Counted from the stretch's first letter, positions 17,488 to 30,682 are shown. The stretch is DNA of 64,000 bases from Candidatus Multivoradales bacterium (GCA_965248925.1 CBDFLE010000006.1:2112001-2176000), one strand, 5' to 3'. The notes: generated by a model from the letters alone, not told the origin. Translations and numbers: made by a program.

Positions 17488-20400
17488 AGATAAAGACTAA
17501 CAACCCATGGATCCAAGACGAGGTGGACCCTCAGTCCCGCGGCTGGGAGGAGTTCTACCGCAATCGCTGGCAGCACGACAAAGTGGTGCGTTCCACCCAT
17601 GGCGTCAATTGCACCGGCGGCTGTACCTGGCAGATCTACGTCAAGAACGGCATCGTCACCTGGGAGATGCAGGGGCTCGATTACCCCCTCTTGGAGCCCA
17701 GCCTGCCGCCCTATGAGCCGCGCGGTTGCCAGCGGGGCATCTCTTTCTCCTGGTACCTCTACAGTCCGCTGCGGGTAAAGTATCCCTACGCCCGCGGCGC
17801 CCTGCTCGACCTCTGGCGGGCGGCGCGGCAGCGCCACGAGGACCCGGTGGACGCCTGGAAGAGCTTGGTTTCTGACCCTGAGTCGCGGCGCCGCTACCAG
17901 CAGGCGCGGGGCAAGGGGGGCTTCCGCCGCACCGATTGGGACACGGTGCTCGAGCTGATGGCGGCGGCCAATGTCCACACCATCAAGGAGCATGGACCCG
18001 ATCGGGTGACCGGTTTCTCGCCGATCCCGGCGATGTCGATGATCAGCTACGCCGGTGGCTCGCGCTTCTTGCAGCTGTCGGGTGGCACCTCGCTGTCGTT
18101 CTACGACTGGTACTGCGACCTACCCAACGCCTCGCCTGAAACCTGGGGCGAACAGACCGATGTGCAGGAATCAGCCGATTGGTACAACGCCAAGTTGCTG
18201 GCGGTGATGGGCTCGAACCTCAACATGACCCGCACTCCGGATTGTCACTTCGCCGCCGAGGCGCGGCACAACGGCACCAAGATGTGGGTGTTCTCACCGG
18301 ACTTCTCGCAGGTCGCCAAATTCGCCGATGAATGGGTGTCGATCAACGCCGGCCAGGACGGCGCTTGGTGGATGGCGGTCAATCATGTGCTGCTCAAAGA
18401 GTTCCATCACGAACGCCAAGAAGAGAGCTTCCTCGACTACACCAAGCGCTTCACCGACTCCCCCTACTTGGTGGAACTGAAGGCCGAGAATGGCCCTTCC
18501 GGCAAGATACTGCGGGCTGGCCAGATGCTGCGCGCCAATCGCCTGGCACCCTACAAAGAGGTCGAAAATGGCGACTGGAAGTTCCTCATGTGGGATACGT
18601 CCGGTGAGCCACGGATGCCGATGGGCAGCTCGGGTTTTCGCTGGGGCAAGAAAGGGCAGTGGAATCTCAAGCTCGAAGATGGACTGACCGGCAAACCCAT
18701 CGACCCAGAGCTGAGCTTCCTGGAGCAGCCCGAAGACGTGCTGCAAGTCCGCTTCGATGATTTCGGCCAGGGCGAGAACTTGTTGCGCGGCGTGCCGGTG
18801 CGCTACCTCGAAACCGCCGACGGCGGCAAGGTCGCTGTGACCACCGCCTACGACCTGCTGATGGCCCAATACGGCGTCTCTCGCGGTCTCGAAGGTGCCT
18901 ACCCGGCGGACTACGACGACGACGCTCCCTACACCCCGGCCTGGGCCGAGAAGTACACCGGCATGAGCCGCGCCATGCTGCTGCGCTTCGCCCGTGAGTG
19001 GGGCGAGACGGCGCTCAGGACCGGCGGCAAATGCACCATTATCATCGGCGCCGGCATCAACCACTGGTACCACGCCAACCTGATGTATCGCGCCGGCATC
19101 CACGCCCTGATGCTGTGCGGCTGCATCGGCAAGAACGGTGGCGGTCTGGCACACTATGTTGGCCAGGAAAAGCTGGCCCCCGGCGAGTCCTGGGGCGCGC
19201 TGGCCATGGGCAAGGATTGGTACGGGCCCTCGCGGCTGCAGAACGCGCCGAGCTGGCACTACGTCCACACTGACCAATGGCGCTACGAGAAGTCCTTCAC
19301 CGACTACCACACGGTGCCTGAGGGCAACACCCAGGCAGGCGGCCACACCATGGACCATCAGGTCAGGGCGGTGCGCAACGGCTGGCTGCCCTTCTACCCG
19401 CAATTCAACGTCAACAGCCTCGACCTGGTCAAGCAAGCCGAAGCAGACGGAGCAAAGACCGAGGAAGAGATCTCCCAATGGTTGGTCGGGAAGCTAAAGT
19501 CGGAGGAGATTCGTTTCTCGGTAGAGGATCCCGACGCCCCTGAGAACTGGCCACGGGTTTGGTACATCTGGCGCGGCAATGCGCTGATGGCCAGCGCCAA
19601 GGGGCATGAGTACTTCCTCAAGCACTACCTCGGCACGCACACCAACACCATCGCCGAGGATATGGCCGAAGATTCGGTGACGGAGGTCAAGTGGCGCGAC
19701 GCACCGGAAGGCAAGATGGACCTGGTGGTCGATCTCAACTTCCGCATGGACACCTCGGCCTTGTACTCGGACATCGTCCTGCCAGCGGCCACCTGGTACG
19801 AGAAAGCAGATCTCAACACGACCGACATGCACAGCTTTATCCACCCCCTGTCGAAGGCGGTGCCACCCTGCTGGGAGTCGAAGAGTGACTGGCAGATCTT
19901 CCGCGAGCTGGCCAAGAAGCAGTCCGAGGTCGCGGCGCCGCACTTCCCCGAGCCGGTTAAGGACTTGGTGGCGGTGCCCCTGGCCCACGACTCAGCGGCC
20001 GAGATCGCCCAAACGCATATCGCCGATTGGAAGAGCGGCGAGGTCGAGGCCATTCCGGGTAAGACCATGCCGGCCTTCAAGATCGTCGAGCGCGACTATA
20101 AAAACCTTTACAAGCAATTCTGTGCTTTCGGTCCGCTACCGCGCAAGGGCGGCCTCGGTGCCCACGGCACCCATTACCCGATCAAGGACTTCTACGACGA
20201 ACTGGCCGCCCGGCAGCCCTGCCGCGAATGGCCCGAGGAAAACTACCCGTCGATCAAGGAGGACGAAGAGGTCTGCAACCTGATCCTGCAATTGGCCTCG
20301 GTCACCAATGGTGAGCTGGCCTACCGCTCCTACCGCGACATGGAGGAGAAGACCGGTCTGCCGCTGGTCCACCTGGCAGAGAAGAACCGTGGCACCAGGG

Positions 20401-21119
20401 TGACCTACAAGGATTTGCAGAGCCGGGTTCAAAGGCTGATCAACAGCCCCATGTGGTCCGGGCTGACCGAGAATGGCCGCGCCTACTCTCCATTCACTTA
20501 CAACGTCGAGAACCTGGTGCCATGGCGCACCCTCACCGGACGTCAGCACTTCTATCTCGACCACGAGCTCTACCTTGAGTTTGGCGAGCACCTGCCGACC
20601 TACAAGCCGAAACCACTGCCCGCGCAATACGCCGACCTGACCTTCACCGAGGAGGAGCAGGCGTCGATGATGCTCAACTACTTGACCCCGCACGGCAAAT
20701 GGCACATCCACTCGACTTACGGTGACAATCAACGGATGACCACGTTGTCGCGCGGCTGCGAGCCCCTGTGGCTCAATCATCAGGATGCCGCTCGGTTGCA
20801 GATCGAAGATAACGATTGGGTGGAGGTCTACAACGATCACGGCGTGGTGGTCACCCGCGCGGTGGTCTCGGCACGGATCCCGCCGGGCATCTGCATTCAA
20901 TATCATTCACCGGAACGCACCCTCGGGGTGCCCAAGTCACCGCTGCGCGGCAACCGCCGTGCCGGTGGCCACAACAGCCTCACCCGGACGCGCCTGAAGC
21001 CCAACCTGATGGCTGGCGGCTATGGCCAGTTCACGTTCCATTTCAACTATTGGGGTCCCACCGGCTGCAATAGAGACACCCACATCTTGGTACGCAAGCT
21101 GCCTGAGCTGAACTGGTAA
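17484..21119 (+). CDS. narG: Nitrate reductase (Nar/NXR family) alpha subunit
   Basis: [47 protein letters not shown]; no Tat signal. Confidence 0.97.
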   Translation: MKIKTNNPWIQDEVDPQSRGWEEFYRNRWQHDKVVRSTHGVNCTGGCTWQIYVKNGIVTWEMQGLDYPLLEPSLPPYEPRGCQRGISFSWYLYSPLRVKYPYARGALLDLWRAARQRHEDPVDAWKSLVSDPESRRRYQQARGKGGFRRTDWDTVLELMAAANVHTIKEHGPDRVTGFSPIPAMSMISYAGGSRFLQLSGGTSLSFYDWYCDLPNASPETWGEQTDVQESADWYNAKLLAVMGSNLNMTRTPDCHFAAEARHNGTKMWVFSPDFSQVAKFADEWVSINAGQDGAWWMAVNHVLLKEFHHERQEESFLDYTKRFTDSPYLVELKAENGPSGKILRAGQMLRANRLAPYKEVENGDWKFLMWDTSGEPRMPMGSSGFRWGKKGQWNLKLEDGLTGKPIDPELSFLEQPEDVLQVRFDDFGQGENLLRGVPVRYLETADGGKVAVTTAYDLLMAQYGVSRGLEGAYPADYDDDAPYTPAWAEKYTGMSRAMLLRFAREWGETALRTGGKCTIIIGAGINHWYHANLMYRAGIHALMLCGCIGKNGGGLAHYVGQEKLAPGESWGALAMGKDWYGPSRLQNAPSWHYVHTDQWRYEKSFTDYHTVPEGNTQAGGHTMDHQVRAVRNGWLPFYPQFNVNSLDLVKQAEADGAKTEEEISQWLVGKLKSEEIRFSVEDPDAPENWPRVWYIWRGNALMASAKGHEYFLKHYLGTHTNTIAEDMAEDSVTEVKWRDAPEGKMDLVVDLNFRMDTSALYSDIVLPAATWYEKADLNTTDMHSFIHPLSKAVPPCWESKSDWQIFRELAKKQSEVAAPHFPEPVKDLVAVPLAHDSAAEIAQTHIADWKSGEVEAIPGKTMPAFKIVERDYKNLYKQFCAFGPLPRKGGLGAHGTHYPIKDFYDELAARQPCREWPEENYPSIKEDEEVCNLILQLASVTNGELAYRSYRDMEEKTGLPLVHLAEKNRGTRVTYKDLQSRVQRLINSPMWSGLTENGRAYSPFTYNVENLVPWRTLTGRQHFYLDHELYLEFGEHLPTYKPKPLPAQYADLTFTEEEQASMMLNYLTPHGKWHIHSTYGDNQRMTTLSRGCEPLWLNHQDAARLQIEDNDWVEVYNDHGVVVTRAVVSARIPPGICIQYHSPERTLGVPKSPLRGNRRAGGHNSLTRTRLKPNLMAGGYGQFTFHFNYWGPTGCNRDTHILVRKLPELNW

Positions 21120-21139
21120 AGAGCGCGGAGGAAGTAAAG

Positions 21140-22626
<1,487 letters not shown>

Positions 22627-22630
<4 letters not shown>

Positions 22631-23295
22631 ATCACCGCGAGCTGAATACCACCGGCTGGCAAGGGCTCAACACTCTCGGCCGGCTATTGATCTATCCCGT
22701 GGGCGACTTTACCGAGCGAACCGCCAAATGCCGGCAACAGTTGGCATGCCAGGGCGAGAGCAAGGTGCTAGAGCTGCTCGCGCCGGCCCTCGAGGCGCTT
22801 GAGCAGTTCTCGCTGCACGAACACGAAGAGCTCTACACCCAGACCTTTGACCTCAACCCGGTATGTACGCTGGAGGTCGGCTGGCACCTCTACGGCGAGC
22901 AGTACGAGCGCGGCCGCTTCCTGGTCCGCGCTCGCGAGTTGCTCACCGCTGTCGGTCAGGACGAAGGCGGCGAGTTGCCCGACTTCCTACCCTCACTACT
23001 TGGCGCGCTACCTCGCCAAGGGGAGAGTGAGGCGATCGACCTGGCCGCCTACCTGGTGCCGGCAGTGAGGAAAATGTGTGAAGCACTGACCGACAAAGAT
23101 CCTGAAAACCCCTACAACACCATTCTCCTCGCCGTCCTCCAAGGGCTCGAAACACGGGTGCCCGGCGACGCGGTAGAGAAAGTCGAGGACCGCTATCGGC
23201 CGCATTTGCGCGCACGGAAGCAGGATCTCGTACAGCTAGGCTCTTTTGCTCAAGGCTCCGCCAACGGGTGCTCTGCCAACCGGGGACCGCAATGA
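22627..23295 (+). CDS. narJ: Nitrate reductase Moco assembly chaperone
   Basis: ELYTQTFD, LYGEQYERG, ELPDFL; position between narH and narI. Confidence 0.9.
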
Positions 23296-23999
23296 GCTGG
23301 ACTAGCCAAATGGATACTTTCTGCTTCGCCATCCTGCCCTACCTGGCACTGGCGCTTTTCTTTGGCGGCACCATCTTCCGCTACCGGACGCAGGCGTTTT
23401 CGTATTCGAGCCTGTCGTCGCAGTTTCTTGAGAATCGCCATCACTTCTGGGCGATGGTGCCCTTTCACTACGGCATTCTCACCGTGTTGATCGGCCACAT
23501 CGTCGCTTTCCTGATCCCGCGGCAGATCTTGCTGTGGAATGCCAAACCGCTACGGCTCTACATCCTGGAGGTCTCGGCGCTAGTCTGTGGCCTGTTGTCG
23601 GTCGTCGGCCTGCTAGCCATCGTCCAGCGGCGGCTGAGTGCCAAGAAGGTGCGGATCATCACCACCCCGGCCGACTGGATGCTCTATCTGCTACTGGCGA
23701 TGCAGCTGGCCTCCGGGGTCTACGTCGCCCTCTTCTATCCCTGGGGCTCCTCATGGTTCGCCGCCTCGGCAGCGCCCTACCTGTGGTCGGTGGTGCGATT
23801 GCAACCCGACATCAGCTATCTGGTGGCCATGCCTTGGGCGGTCAAGCTACACATCATCAACGCTTTCGTAGTAGTCGGATTCTTCCCCTTCACCCGCCTG
23901 GTGCATGTGCTGGTAGTACCCAATCCCTATCTGTGGCGTAAACGCCAAGTGGTGCGGTGGAATGCTGATCCGCGAGCGCTGGCGAGGAAAAGAGGATGA
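23292..23999 (+). CDS. narI: Nitrate reductase gamma subunit (cytochrome b)
   Basis: SSLSSQFLE, PFHYGIL..GH, KLHI, FPFTRLVH. Confidence 0.95.
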   Translation: MSWTSQMDTFCFAILPYLALALFFGGTIFRYRTQAFSYSSLSSQFLENRHHFWAMVPFHYGILTVLIGHIVAFLIPRQILLWNAKPLRLYILEVSALVCGLLSVVGLLAIVQRRLSAKKVRIITTPADWMLYLLLAMQLASGVYVALFYPWGSSWFAASAAPYLWSVVRLQPDISYLVAMPWAVKLHIINAFVVVGFFPFTRLVHVLVVPNPYLWRKRQVVRWNADPRALARKRG

Positions 24000-25522
24000 G
24001 CGAGAACAAGGGCGCAATCAGAGTGCTGATCCTCAACACTCTGGCCTTCACGGTCTGCTTCGCTTGTTGGATGACCAACGGCGTGCTGATCACATTCTTG
24101 ATCGAGAACGGCATGTTCAGCTGGAGCCAATCGCAGATTGGCTGGCTGATCGGTATCCCGGTCCTGACCGGCGCCATCACCCGGTTGCCGGTGGGCATCC
24201 TGACCGACAAATACGGCGGGCGCATCGTCTACACCGTGCTGATGCTGGTGGCAGCAGTGCCGATGTACTTGCTGAGCGAGGCTTCCACCTACGGCCACTT
24301 TGTCGCCGCCAGTCTCGGCTTTGGCCTCACCGGTGCTTCCTTTGCCGTCGGCATCGCCTACACCTCGGTGTGGTTCTCGAGGGAACGCCAAGGCACTGCG
24401 CTGGGTATCTTCGGCGCTGGCAACGCCGGTGCCGCCTTGACCAGCATGGGAGCTCCTTTCCTGCTCCGCCGGCTGACCGCGGACGGCGAAAATATCGACG
24501 GCTGGCGCACCATGCCGAAGCTCTACGCCGGCGCCTTGGTAATCACCGCGATTATTTTCTTCCTGCTAACCGTGTCGAAGAAAGTTGACGACAGCCACAT
24601 CACCAGCTTCAGCCAGCGGCTGGCACCGCTCAAGCACCTGCGGGTGTGGCGCTTTGGTCTCTATTACTTTCTAGTCTTCGGTGGCTTCGTCGCTTTGGCC
24701 CAGTGGCTGATCCCCTACTACGTCAACGTCTACCTGATGCCGGTCACCGTAGCTGGCCTGATGGCCGCGATCTTCACTCTGCCCTCGGGCGTGATCCGCG
24801 CCTTGGGGGGCTGGATGTCCGACCACTGGGGTGGCCGAGTGGTGATGTTCTGGGTGCTCGGCATCTGTCTCGGCGCTTTCCTGCTGCTCAATGTGCCACG
24901 GATGGACATCGAGTCACCGGGCAAAGGGGTGATGGCTCGCAGTAGCGGGGTGGTGACCAGCGTCACCACTGAGGAGATCGTCGTCGATGACAAGTCTTAT
25001 GCCATGCGGGCGATGCCCGAGGGCTGGATCGATCAGCGTGATAGCGGCGTGGCGGTCCTACCCACCGCCGCATTCTGGCAAGAGCCGGTGGTCGAACTAG
25101 GTGAGATGGTCAACAAGAAACAGCTGTTGGCCAAGGGGGTCACCCACATTTTTTTCCAGGCCAATGTGTGGATCTTCACCGGCCTTGTGTTCATCGTCGG
25201 CATCATGATGGGGATCGGCAAGGCCGCGGTCTACCGGCTGATTCCGGACTACTTCCCTAACGATGTCGGAGTGGTGGGAGGCATCGTCGGGGTGATGGGG
25301 GGCCTGGGGGGCTTCGTCTGCCCGATCCTTTTCGGCTACATGCTGCAGTGGACCGGCATCTGGACTACTTGCTGGATCTTCTTCACCGTTCTTGCCACCA
25401 TCTGCTTCTTCTGGATGCAGTGGGTGGTACGAGAGATCCTGCGCGACCAGGCACCAACTCTGCACCGTGAGATCGAACATCCCGACGCCCGCGACCAAGA
25501 TTACGGTTGGCAGAGGGGCTAG
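23996..25522 (+). CDS. narK: NarK1-type nitrate transporter with extra loop domain
   Basis: RLPVGILTDKYGGR, GIFGAGNAG, YFLVFGGFVAL, RALGGWMSD. Confidence 0.92.
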   Translation: MSENKGAIRVLILNTLAFTVCFACWMTNGVLITFLIENGMFSWSQSQIGWLIGIPVLTGAITRLPVGILTDKYGGRIVYTVLMLVAAVPMYLLSEASTYGHFVAASLGFGLTGASFAVGIAYTSVWFSRERQGTALGIFGAGNAGAALTSMGAPFLLRRLTADGENIDGWRTMPKLYAGALVITAIIFFLLTVSKKVDDSHITSFSQRLAPLKHLRVWRFGLYYFLVFGGFVALAQWLIPYYVNVYLMPVTVAGLMAAIFTLPSGVIRALGGWMSDHWGGRVVMFWVLGICLGAFLLLNVPRMDIESPGKGVMARSSGVVTSVTTEEIVVDDKSYAMRAMPEGWIDQRDSGVAVLPTAAFWQEPVVELGEMVNKKQLLAKGVTHIFFQANVWIFTGLVFIVGIMMGIGKAAVYRLIPDYFPNDVGVVGGIVGVMGGLGGFVCPILFGYMLQWTGIWTTCWIFFTVLATICFFWMQWVVREILRDQAPTLHREIEHPDARDQDYGWQRG

Positions 25523-25530
25523 GAGAGGTC

Positions 25531-26184
25531 ATGGGTCACCGCATCACCACTCTCTTGTTGCTGGTCGGCGTCGCCTTGGCCGGTCTCACTTTGGTGCCCC
25601 GGTTAGGCGGCTTGCGCCTGCCCGGCAATCATCAAGGATTCGAGCCAGTGCAGCCGATCGCCTACTCCCACCGGCTGCACGCCGGGGAACTGTCGATCGA
25701 CTGCACCTACTGCCACTCCGGGGCAGAGCGCAGCCGTCACGCCGGCATCCCGCCGGCCGACACTTGCATGAACTGCCACCGCCTGGTCACTTCCTCGCGC
25801 AGTGCCGTGCGGGCAGAGGAAACACTGGCCGAAAAGGAGGGCCGTCAGCCCAATCGGGTCATCAGCCCCGAGCTGGCCAAGCTCTACACCGCCCTTGGCT
25901 TGGGCGAGGACCTGGAGCCGCGATCGGACCTCGAACCGCGGCCGATCGAGTGGCAGCGAATCCACCAGCTGCCCGATTTCGCCATCTTCGACCATCGCCC
26001 GCACCTGGCCGCCAACCTAGAGTGCCAGAGCTGCCACGGGCCGATCGAGGCCATGGAGCGGGTGCGCCAGGTCGAGAGCCTGTCGATGGGTTGGTGCCTC
26101 GATTGCCACCGCGACCCCACCGCCACCGGCCTCGGCGCCAAGGTCGAGGCGGCGTCGGTCGATTGCGTGACTTGTCACTACTAG
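25531..26184 (+). CDS. actA: Alternative complex III pentahaem cytochrome ActA
   Basis: N-terminal TM, PVQPIAYSHRLH, five CxxCH, LSMGWCLDCH, terminal CVTCHY. Confidence 0.88.
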   Translation: MGHRITTLLLLVGVALAGLTLVPRLGGLRLPGNHQGFEPVQPIAYSHRLHAGELSIDCTYCHSGAERSRHAGIPPADTCMNCHRLVTSSRSAVRAEETLAEKEGRQPNRVISPELAKLYTALGLGEDLEPRSDLEPRPIEWQRIHQLPDFAIFDHRPHLAANLECQSCHGPIEAMERVRQVESLSMGWCLDCHRDPTATGLGAKVEAASVDCVTCHY

Positions 26185-26220
26185 CGCCCATGACTCGTGA
26201 AGGAACGTGAAGGATACGAT

Positions 26221-29200
26221 ATGTCGCACCGAGATCCATCCACCCCAAGCAGCTGGCAAAACCTGGATGAGCTGCGCCCTGAGTCGCTGGCGGTCGACCC
26301 TGCCGAGCGCCCCAAGGCGGCGGCCCTGGCGGTCGACCGGCGTGATTTTCTCAAGGCCAGCGGCTTCTCGCTGGCGATGAGTCTGGCCGCCGGCTGTCAG
26401 CGGACGCCGGTCGAGAAGGCGATCCCTTTCCTGGTCCAACCCGAGGAAGTCGTTCCCGGGCGGCCACTGTTCTATGCTTCGACCTGCGCCGGCTGTACTG
26501 CTGGTTGTGGGGTGTTGGTGAAATGCCGCGACGGGCGACCGATCAAGATCGAAGGAAATGCCGAACATCCGCTATCCAAGGGCGGCCTGTGCGCCGTCGG
26601 CCAGGCCGCGCCGCTCGGCCTCTACGATGCTCATCGCCTCAGCGGCCCACTTAAAGGCGGAGCGCCAGCAGACTGGGACGAGGTCGACCGGCAAATCAGT
26701 CAACAGCTCGATCGCCTGGCGGCGACCGGTGGCAGAGTCCGCCTGCTGACCGAGACCCTCAACGGTCCTACCGAACAGGGGGCGACCGACCGCTTTCTGA
26801 GTCGCTTCGCCGATGCCGAACATGTGGTCTACGACCCGCTGTCGCGGTCGGCGATCGCCCAGGCCCACCGCTACTCTGACGGCAAGGCGCTGTTACCGCG
26901 ATATCGGTTTGATCGGGCTGAGGTGATCGTCAGCTTCGCCGCAGACTTCCTTGGCACCTGGATCTCACCGGTGGAGCACACCGCCGGCTACCGTTCTGGA
27001 CGCGATCTGCAAGGCAAGCCACCACGGCTCTCCCATCATGTGCAGATCGAAGGCCGTCTGTCGCTGACCGGCAGCAACGCTGACCGGCGCATGGTCAAAT
27101 CACCGGCGGAGATCAGCGCCCTGTTGCAAGCGCTCGCCACGGCGGTCGAGCAGCATTCTGGAGGAGGCCATGGCACGCGCGACAGTCACAGCAGCGGCGC
27201 AGGTCATGCTGAGCTGGCCAGCGAGCTGGCGGACCGCCTTTGGCAGGCAGCTGGAAAGTCATTGGTGGTCTGTGGCAGTCAGCACCTGGCCGACCAGGTG
27301 GCAACGCGACGGATCAACCAGCTGCTGGGCAACTACGGCTCGACCCTCGATATCGAACAGCCTTCGCGGCAAAAGCTGGGCGACGACCTACGGCTCACCG
27401 AACTGATCCGAGATCTCACCGTTGGCGCCATTGACGCTCTGCTGATCCGCGGTGTCAACCCGGTCTACGATTTGGCTGGCGACCCACGGCTGGCCACTGC
27501 CATCGCCGAGGTGCCGCTGGTGGTGTCGTTCGCCACCCACCGCGACGAGACCGCCCGCCTGGCGGCCTTCGTCTGTCCCGAACTTCACCCGCTTGAAAGC
27601 TGGCGCGACGCCGAGCCGGTAGCTGGCTTGGTGAGTGTCACCCAACCCACGATCCGGCCCTTGGGAGAAAGTCGCGATTTCATCGCCAGCCTGGCCCGGT
27701 GGACAGGCGAACCGGCCACCGCCCGCGAACAGATGCGCCGCACCTGGCAGCAGCAGATCTTCCCGCGGCGGCGGGCTGAGGCGGCGAGTGATTTTGAACG
27801 CTTCTGGGATCAATCAGTTCACGATGGTTTCGTCAAACTCGAGGCGGCGCTCGCGCCGACCGCCGTGGCCGAGCTGGTAGCGAACCCGGAGCTTGCCAGC
27901 AGCCCGCTAGCCCCCAGCTCGACCGAGGCCGGTGTCTTCACCTTGCTGCTTTACCCCAAGGTGGCGCTGTTGGATGGCCGCCACGCTGAGAATCCCTTCC
28001 TGCAAGAGCTGCCCGACCCGATCACCAAGGTGGTATGGGACAACTACGCCAGTCTGTCTCCCCGTGCCGCCGACGAGCTGGGGGTTGCCCAAGGCGATGT
28101 GGTGCGGCTGCGAGCCGAGGACGAGAACGGAGACGAGGCGGCGGAATTGGAGCTGCCGGTGTTGGTGCAGCCGGGGCAGCACGACCGGGTGGTGGCGGTG
28201 GCCCTGGGCTACGGCCGGGTCGGCACCGAGCGCTTTTCCGACGTGGGCCCGCGCTGGCTAGAGGGCCGGCCGACGGTAGCCCCCGGCGAGCAGGTCGGCG
28301 GCAATGCCGCCACCCTGGCGACCCCCACCATGGGTCAGCGCCTGAGCCACCGCGAGGGGGTTCGCCTGGAGTCCACCGGCGGTCGTCATCCGCTGGCCTC
28401 TACCCAGAGCTACCACTCGCTGGACATGCCGAGCGGCCTCGAACCGGCCTCCGGGGAACCACGGCCAATCGTCCAAGAGACCGTGCTGGCGGCCTACCAG
28501 GCCGACCCCGGCGCCGGTGCCCCCCACGCTCACCACATCGAAGGCGATCTGTGGCCCGAGCACGAGTACGAGGGTCACCACTGGGGCATGGCGATCGACC
28601 TCAACGCCTGCACTGGCTGCTCGGCCTGCACCCTCGCCTGCCAGTTGGAAAACAACGTGCCGGTGGTGGGTAAGGACGAGGTGGCCCGGCGCCGCGACAT
28701 GCATTGGCTGCGGCTCGACCGCTACTACCGCGGCGATCCCGAGGCGAGTGAATCGCTCAACATCGTCCATCAGCCGATGCTCTGCCATCACTGCGACAAC
28801 GCCCCCTGCGAGACGGTCTGTCCGGTGCTGGCCACGGTACACAGCTCAGAGGGGCTCAACCAGCAGGTCTACAACCGCTGTGTCGGCACCCGCTACTGCG
28901 CCAACAACTGTCCCTACAAAGTGCGGCGCTTCAATTGGTTCAATTATCCGCATACCGACTTGATGCAGAACCTGGCTCTCAATCCCGATGTGGTGGTGCG
29001 CTCGCGCGGGGTGATGGAGAAGTGCTCCTTCTGCGTGCAACGCATCCAGGCGGCCAAGCAGGAAGCCAAACAGCAGCGCCGTGAGCTGCTCGATGGCGAT
29101 ATCCAGCCGGCCTGTCAGCAGAGCTGCCCGGCGCAAGCCATTACTTTTGGCGATCTCGCCGACCCGCAGAGCCAGGTGGCTCAGCAGGTGGCGGATCCGC

Positions 29201-29301
29201 GCCACTACCGGCTGCTCGAAGAGCTCAATGTGCGGCCCTCCGTGGGCTATTTGCGGCGAGTCCGACATCGCCACCAGGATCAGGAGACTCACCATGGCTG
29301 A
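26221..29301 (+). CDS. actB: ACIII ActB: Tat lipoprotein, molybdopterin-oxidoreductase-like domain fused to Fe-S domain
   Basis: RRDFLK..AAGC, GRPIKIEGN, IDLNACTGCSAC, HWLRLDRYY, YNRCVGTRYCANNCPYKVRRFN, RGVMEKC. Confidence 0.92.
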   Translation: MSHRDPSTPSSWQNLDELRPESLAVDPAERPKAAALAVDRRDFLKASGFSLAMSLAAGCQRTPVEKAIPFLVQPEEVVPGRPLFYASTCAGCTAGCGVLVKCRDGRPIKIEGNAEHPLSKGGLCAVGQAAPLGLYDAHRLSGPLKGGAPADWDEVDRQISQQLDRLAATGGRVRLLTETLNGPTEQGATDRFLSRFADAEHVVYDPLSRSAIAQAHRYSDGKALLPRYRFDRAEVIVSFAADFLGTWISPVEHTAGYRSGRDLQGKPPRLSHHVQIEGRLSLTGSNADRRMVKSPAEISALLQALATAVEQHSGGGHGTRDSHSSGAGHAELASELADRLWQAAGKSLVVCGSQHLADQVATRRINQLLGNYGSTLDIEQPSRQKLGDDLRLTELIRDLTVGAIDALLIRGVNPVYDLAGDPRLATAIAEVPLVVSFATHRDETARLAAFVCPELHPLESWRDAEPVAGLVSVTQPTIRPLGESRDFIASLARWTGEPATAREQMRRTWQQQIFPRRRAEAASDFERFWDQSVHDGFVKLEAALAPTAVAELVANPELASSPLAPSSTEAGVFTLLLYPKVALLDGRHAENPFLQELPDPITKVVWDNYASLSPRAADELGVAQGDVVRLRAEDENGDEAAELELPVLVQPGQHDRVVAVALGYGRVGTERFSDVGPRWLEGRPTVAPGEQVGGNAATLATPTMGQRLSHREGVRLESTGGRHPLASTQSYHSLDMPSGLEPASGEPRPIVQETVLAAYQADPGAGAPHAHHIEGDLWPEHEYEGHHWGMAIDLNACTGCSACTLACQLENNVPVVGKDEVARRRDMHWLRLDRYYRGDPEASESLNIVHQPMLCHHCDNAPCETVCPVLATVHSSEGLNQQVYNRCVGTRYCANNCPYKVRRFNWFNYPHTDLMQNLALNPDVVVRSRGVMEKCSFCVQRIQAAKQEAKQQRRELLDGDIQPACQQSCPAQAITFGDLADPQSQVAQQVADPRHYRLLEELNVRPSVGYLRRVRHRHQDQETHHG

Positions 29302-30682
29302 TCATTCCGGCGCCATTGTGTCGACACCCGGCGTGGCAGTACCCGGCGCGGCAAGGCTGCGCCCGCCGCTGATCGCCGGCGGCAAGTCGCTGGCGGAGGT
29401 GACCGCTGATATCAGCCGGCCCCTAGAACGCCGCGCCGGTCCCCTGTGGTGGGCCGCTTTCTTGCCCTCCCTGGCTTTCTTGTTGCTCGGCGCGGTGGCG
29501 GTGACCTACCAGATCCGCACCGGCATCGGCACTTGGGGGCTCAACAAGACCGTCGGCTGGGCTTTCGACATCACTAACTTCGTTTTCTGGGTCGGCATTG
29601 GCCATGCCGGTACGCTGATCTCGGCGGTGCTCTTCCTGCTCCGCCAGCGCTGGCGTACCTCGGTCAATCGTTCCGCCGAAGCGATGACCCTCTTTGCCGT
29701 GATGTGCGCCGGGCTGTTCCCGATCATCCACATGGGCCGACCCTGGCTAGCCTTCTGGATGCTGCCTTACCCGAACGCGCGGGGTTCCTTGTGGGTCAAC
29801 TTCCGCTCGCCGTTGCTGTGGGATGTGTTCGCCATTAGCGTCTACTTCATCATCTCAGCGACGTTCTGGTACCTCGGCCTGATCCCCGACCTGGCAACCT
29901 TGCGCGATCGCCTGAAGAAGGGCCGGCGGCAGCGCTTGTTCGCCTTCGCCAGCATGGGCTGGAGTGGTTCGTTCAAAACCTGGCAGCGCTACGAGCTGGT
30001 CTATCTCCTGCTCGCCGGGCTGGCAACGCCGCTGGTGTTGTCGGTGCACTCGATTGTCAGCTTCGACTTTGCCACCTCGATCTTGCCCGGTTGGCATACC
30101 ACCATCTTGCCGCCTTACTTTGTCGCCGGGGCGATCTTCTCCGGCATGTCGATGGTGCTGACTTTGATGATCATCGCCCGCAAGACGATGCGTCTCGACG
30201 ATTACTTGACCGACAACCACATCGACTCGATGACCAAGCTGGTGCTGGTGACTTCGCTGATGGTCGGCCTGGCCTACACCACCGAATTCTTCACCGCTCT
30301 GTTCTCGGGCAACGAGTACGAGCGCTTCGCCTTCCTCAACCGTGCCCTGGGCCCCTTCGCCTGGGCCTACTGGATCATGGTGAGTTGCAACGTGCTGGTA
30401 CCGCAACTGTTCTGGTTCCGCCGGCTGCGGCGCAACTTGCTGGTGGTGTTCATCGCTTCGATCTTGATCAACGTCGGCATGTGGTTCGAACGCTTTGTGA
30501 TTATCGTCATCTCCCTGTCGCGAGATTTCCTGCCCTCGAGTTGGGCCAGCTATTCACCGACCTGGGTCGAGCTTGCCACCCTGGCCGGTAGCTTCGGCCT
30601 GTTCTTCACCTGCTTCCTGCTCTTCTGTCGCTTCCTGCCAATGATCGCCATGGCGGAAGTCAAAGGAGTGTTGAAGTCATGA
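29294..30682 (+). CDS. actC: ACIII ActC (NrfD/PsrC family quinol-binding subunit)
   Basis: ITNFVFWVGIGHAGTLISA, RSAEAMT, HMGRPW, NFRSPLLWD, GMWFERF. Confidence 0.93.
   Translation: MADHSGAIVSTPGVAVPGAARLRPPLIAGGKSLAEVTADISRPLERRAGPLWWAAFLPSLAFLLLGAVAVTYQIRTGIGTWGLNKTVGWAFDITNFVFWVGIGHAGTLISAVLFLLRQRWRTSVNRSAEAMTLFAVMCAGLFPIIHMGRPWLAFWMLPYPNARGSLWVNFRSPLLWDVFAISVYFIISATFWYLGLIPDLATLRDRLKKGRRQRLFAFASMGWSGSFKTWQRYELVYLLLAGLATPLVLSVHSIVSFDFATSILPGWHTTILPPYFVAGAIFSGMSMVLTLMIIARKTMRLDDYLTDNHIDSMTKLVLVTSLMVGLAYTTEFFTALFSGNEYERFAFLNRALGPFAWAYWIMVSCNVLVPQLFWFRRLRRNLLVVFIASILINVGMWFERFVIIVISLSRDFLPSSWASYSPTWVELATLAGSFGLFFTCFLLFCRFLPMIAMAEVKGVLKS

Noticed and set aside
17484-17600. Periplasmic (Tat) NarG/NXR
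   Set aside because: No twin-arginine signal; narI and two narK genes indicate a cytoplasm-facing enzyme
26221-30682. Polysulfide/DMSO reductase or Nrf call
   Set aside because: Fused B1-B2 architecture plus ActA, D, E and F neighbours identify ACIII
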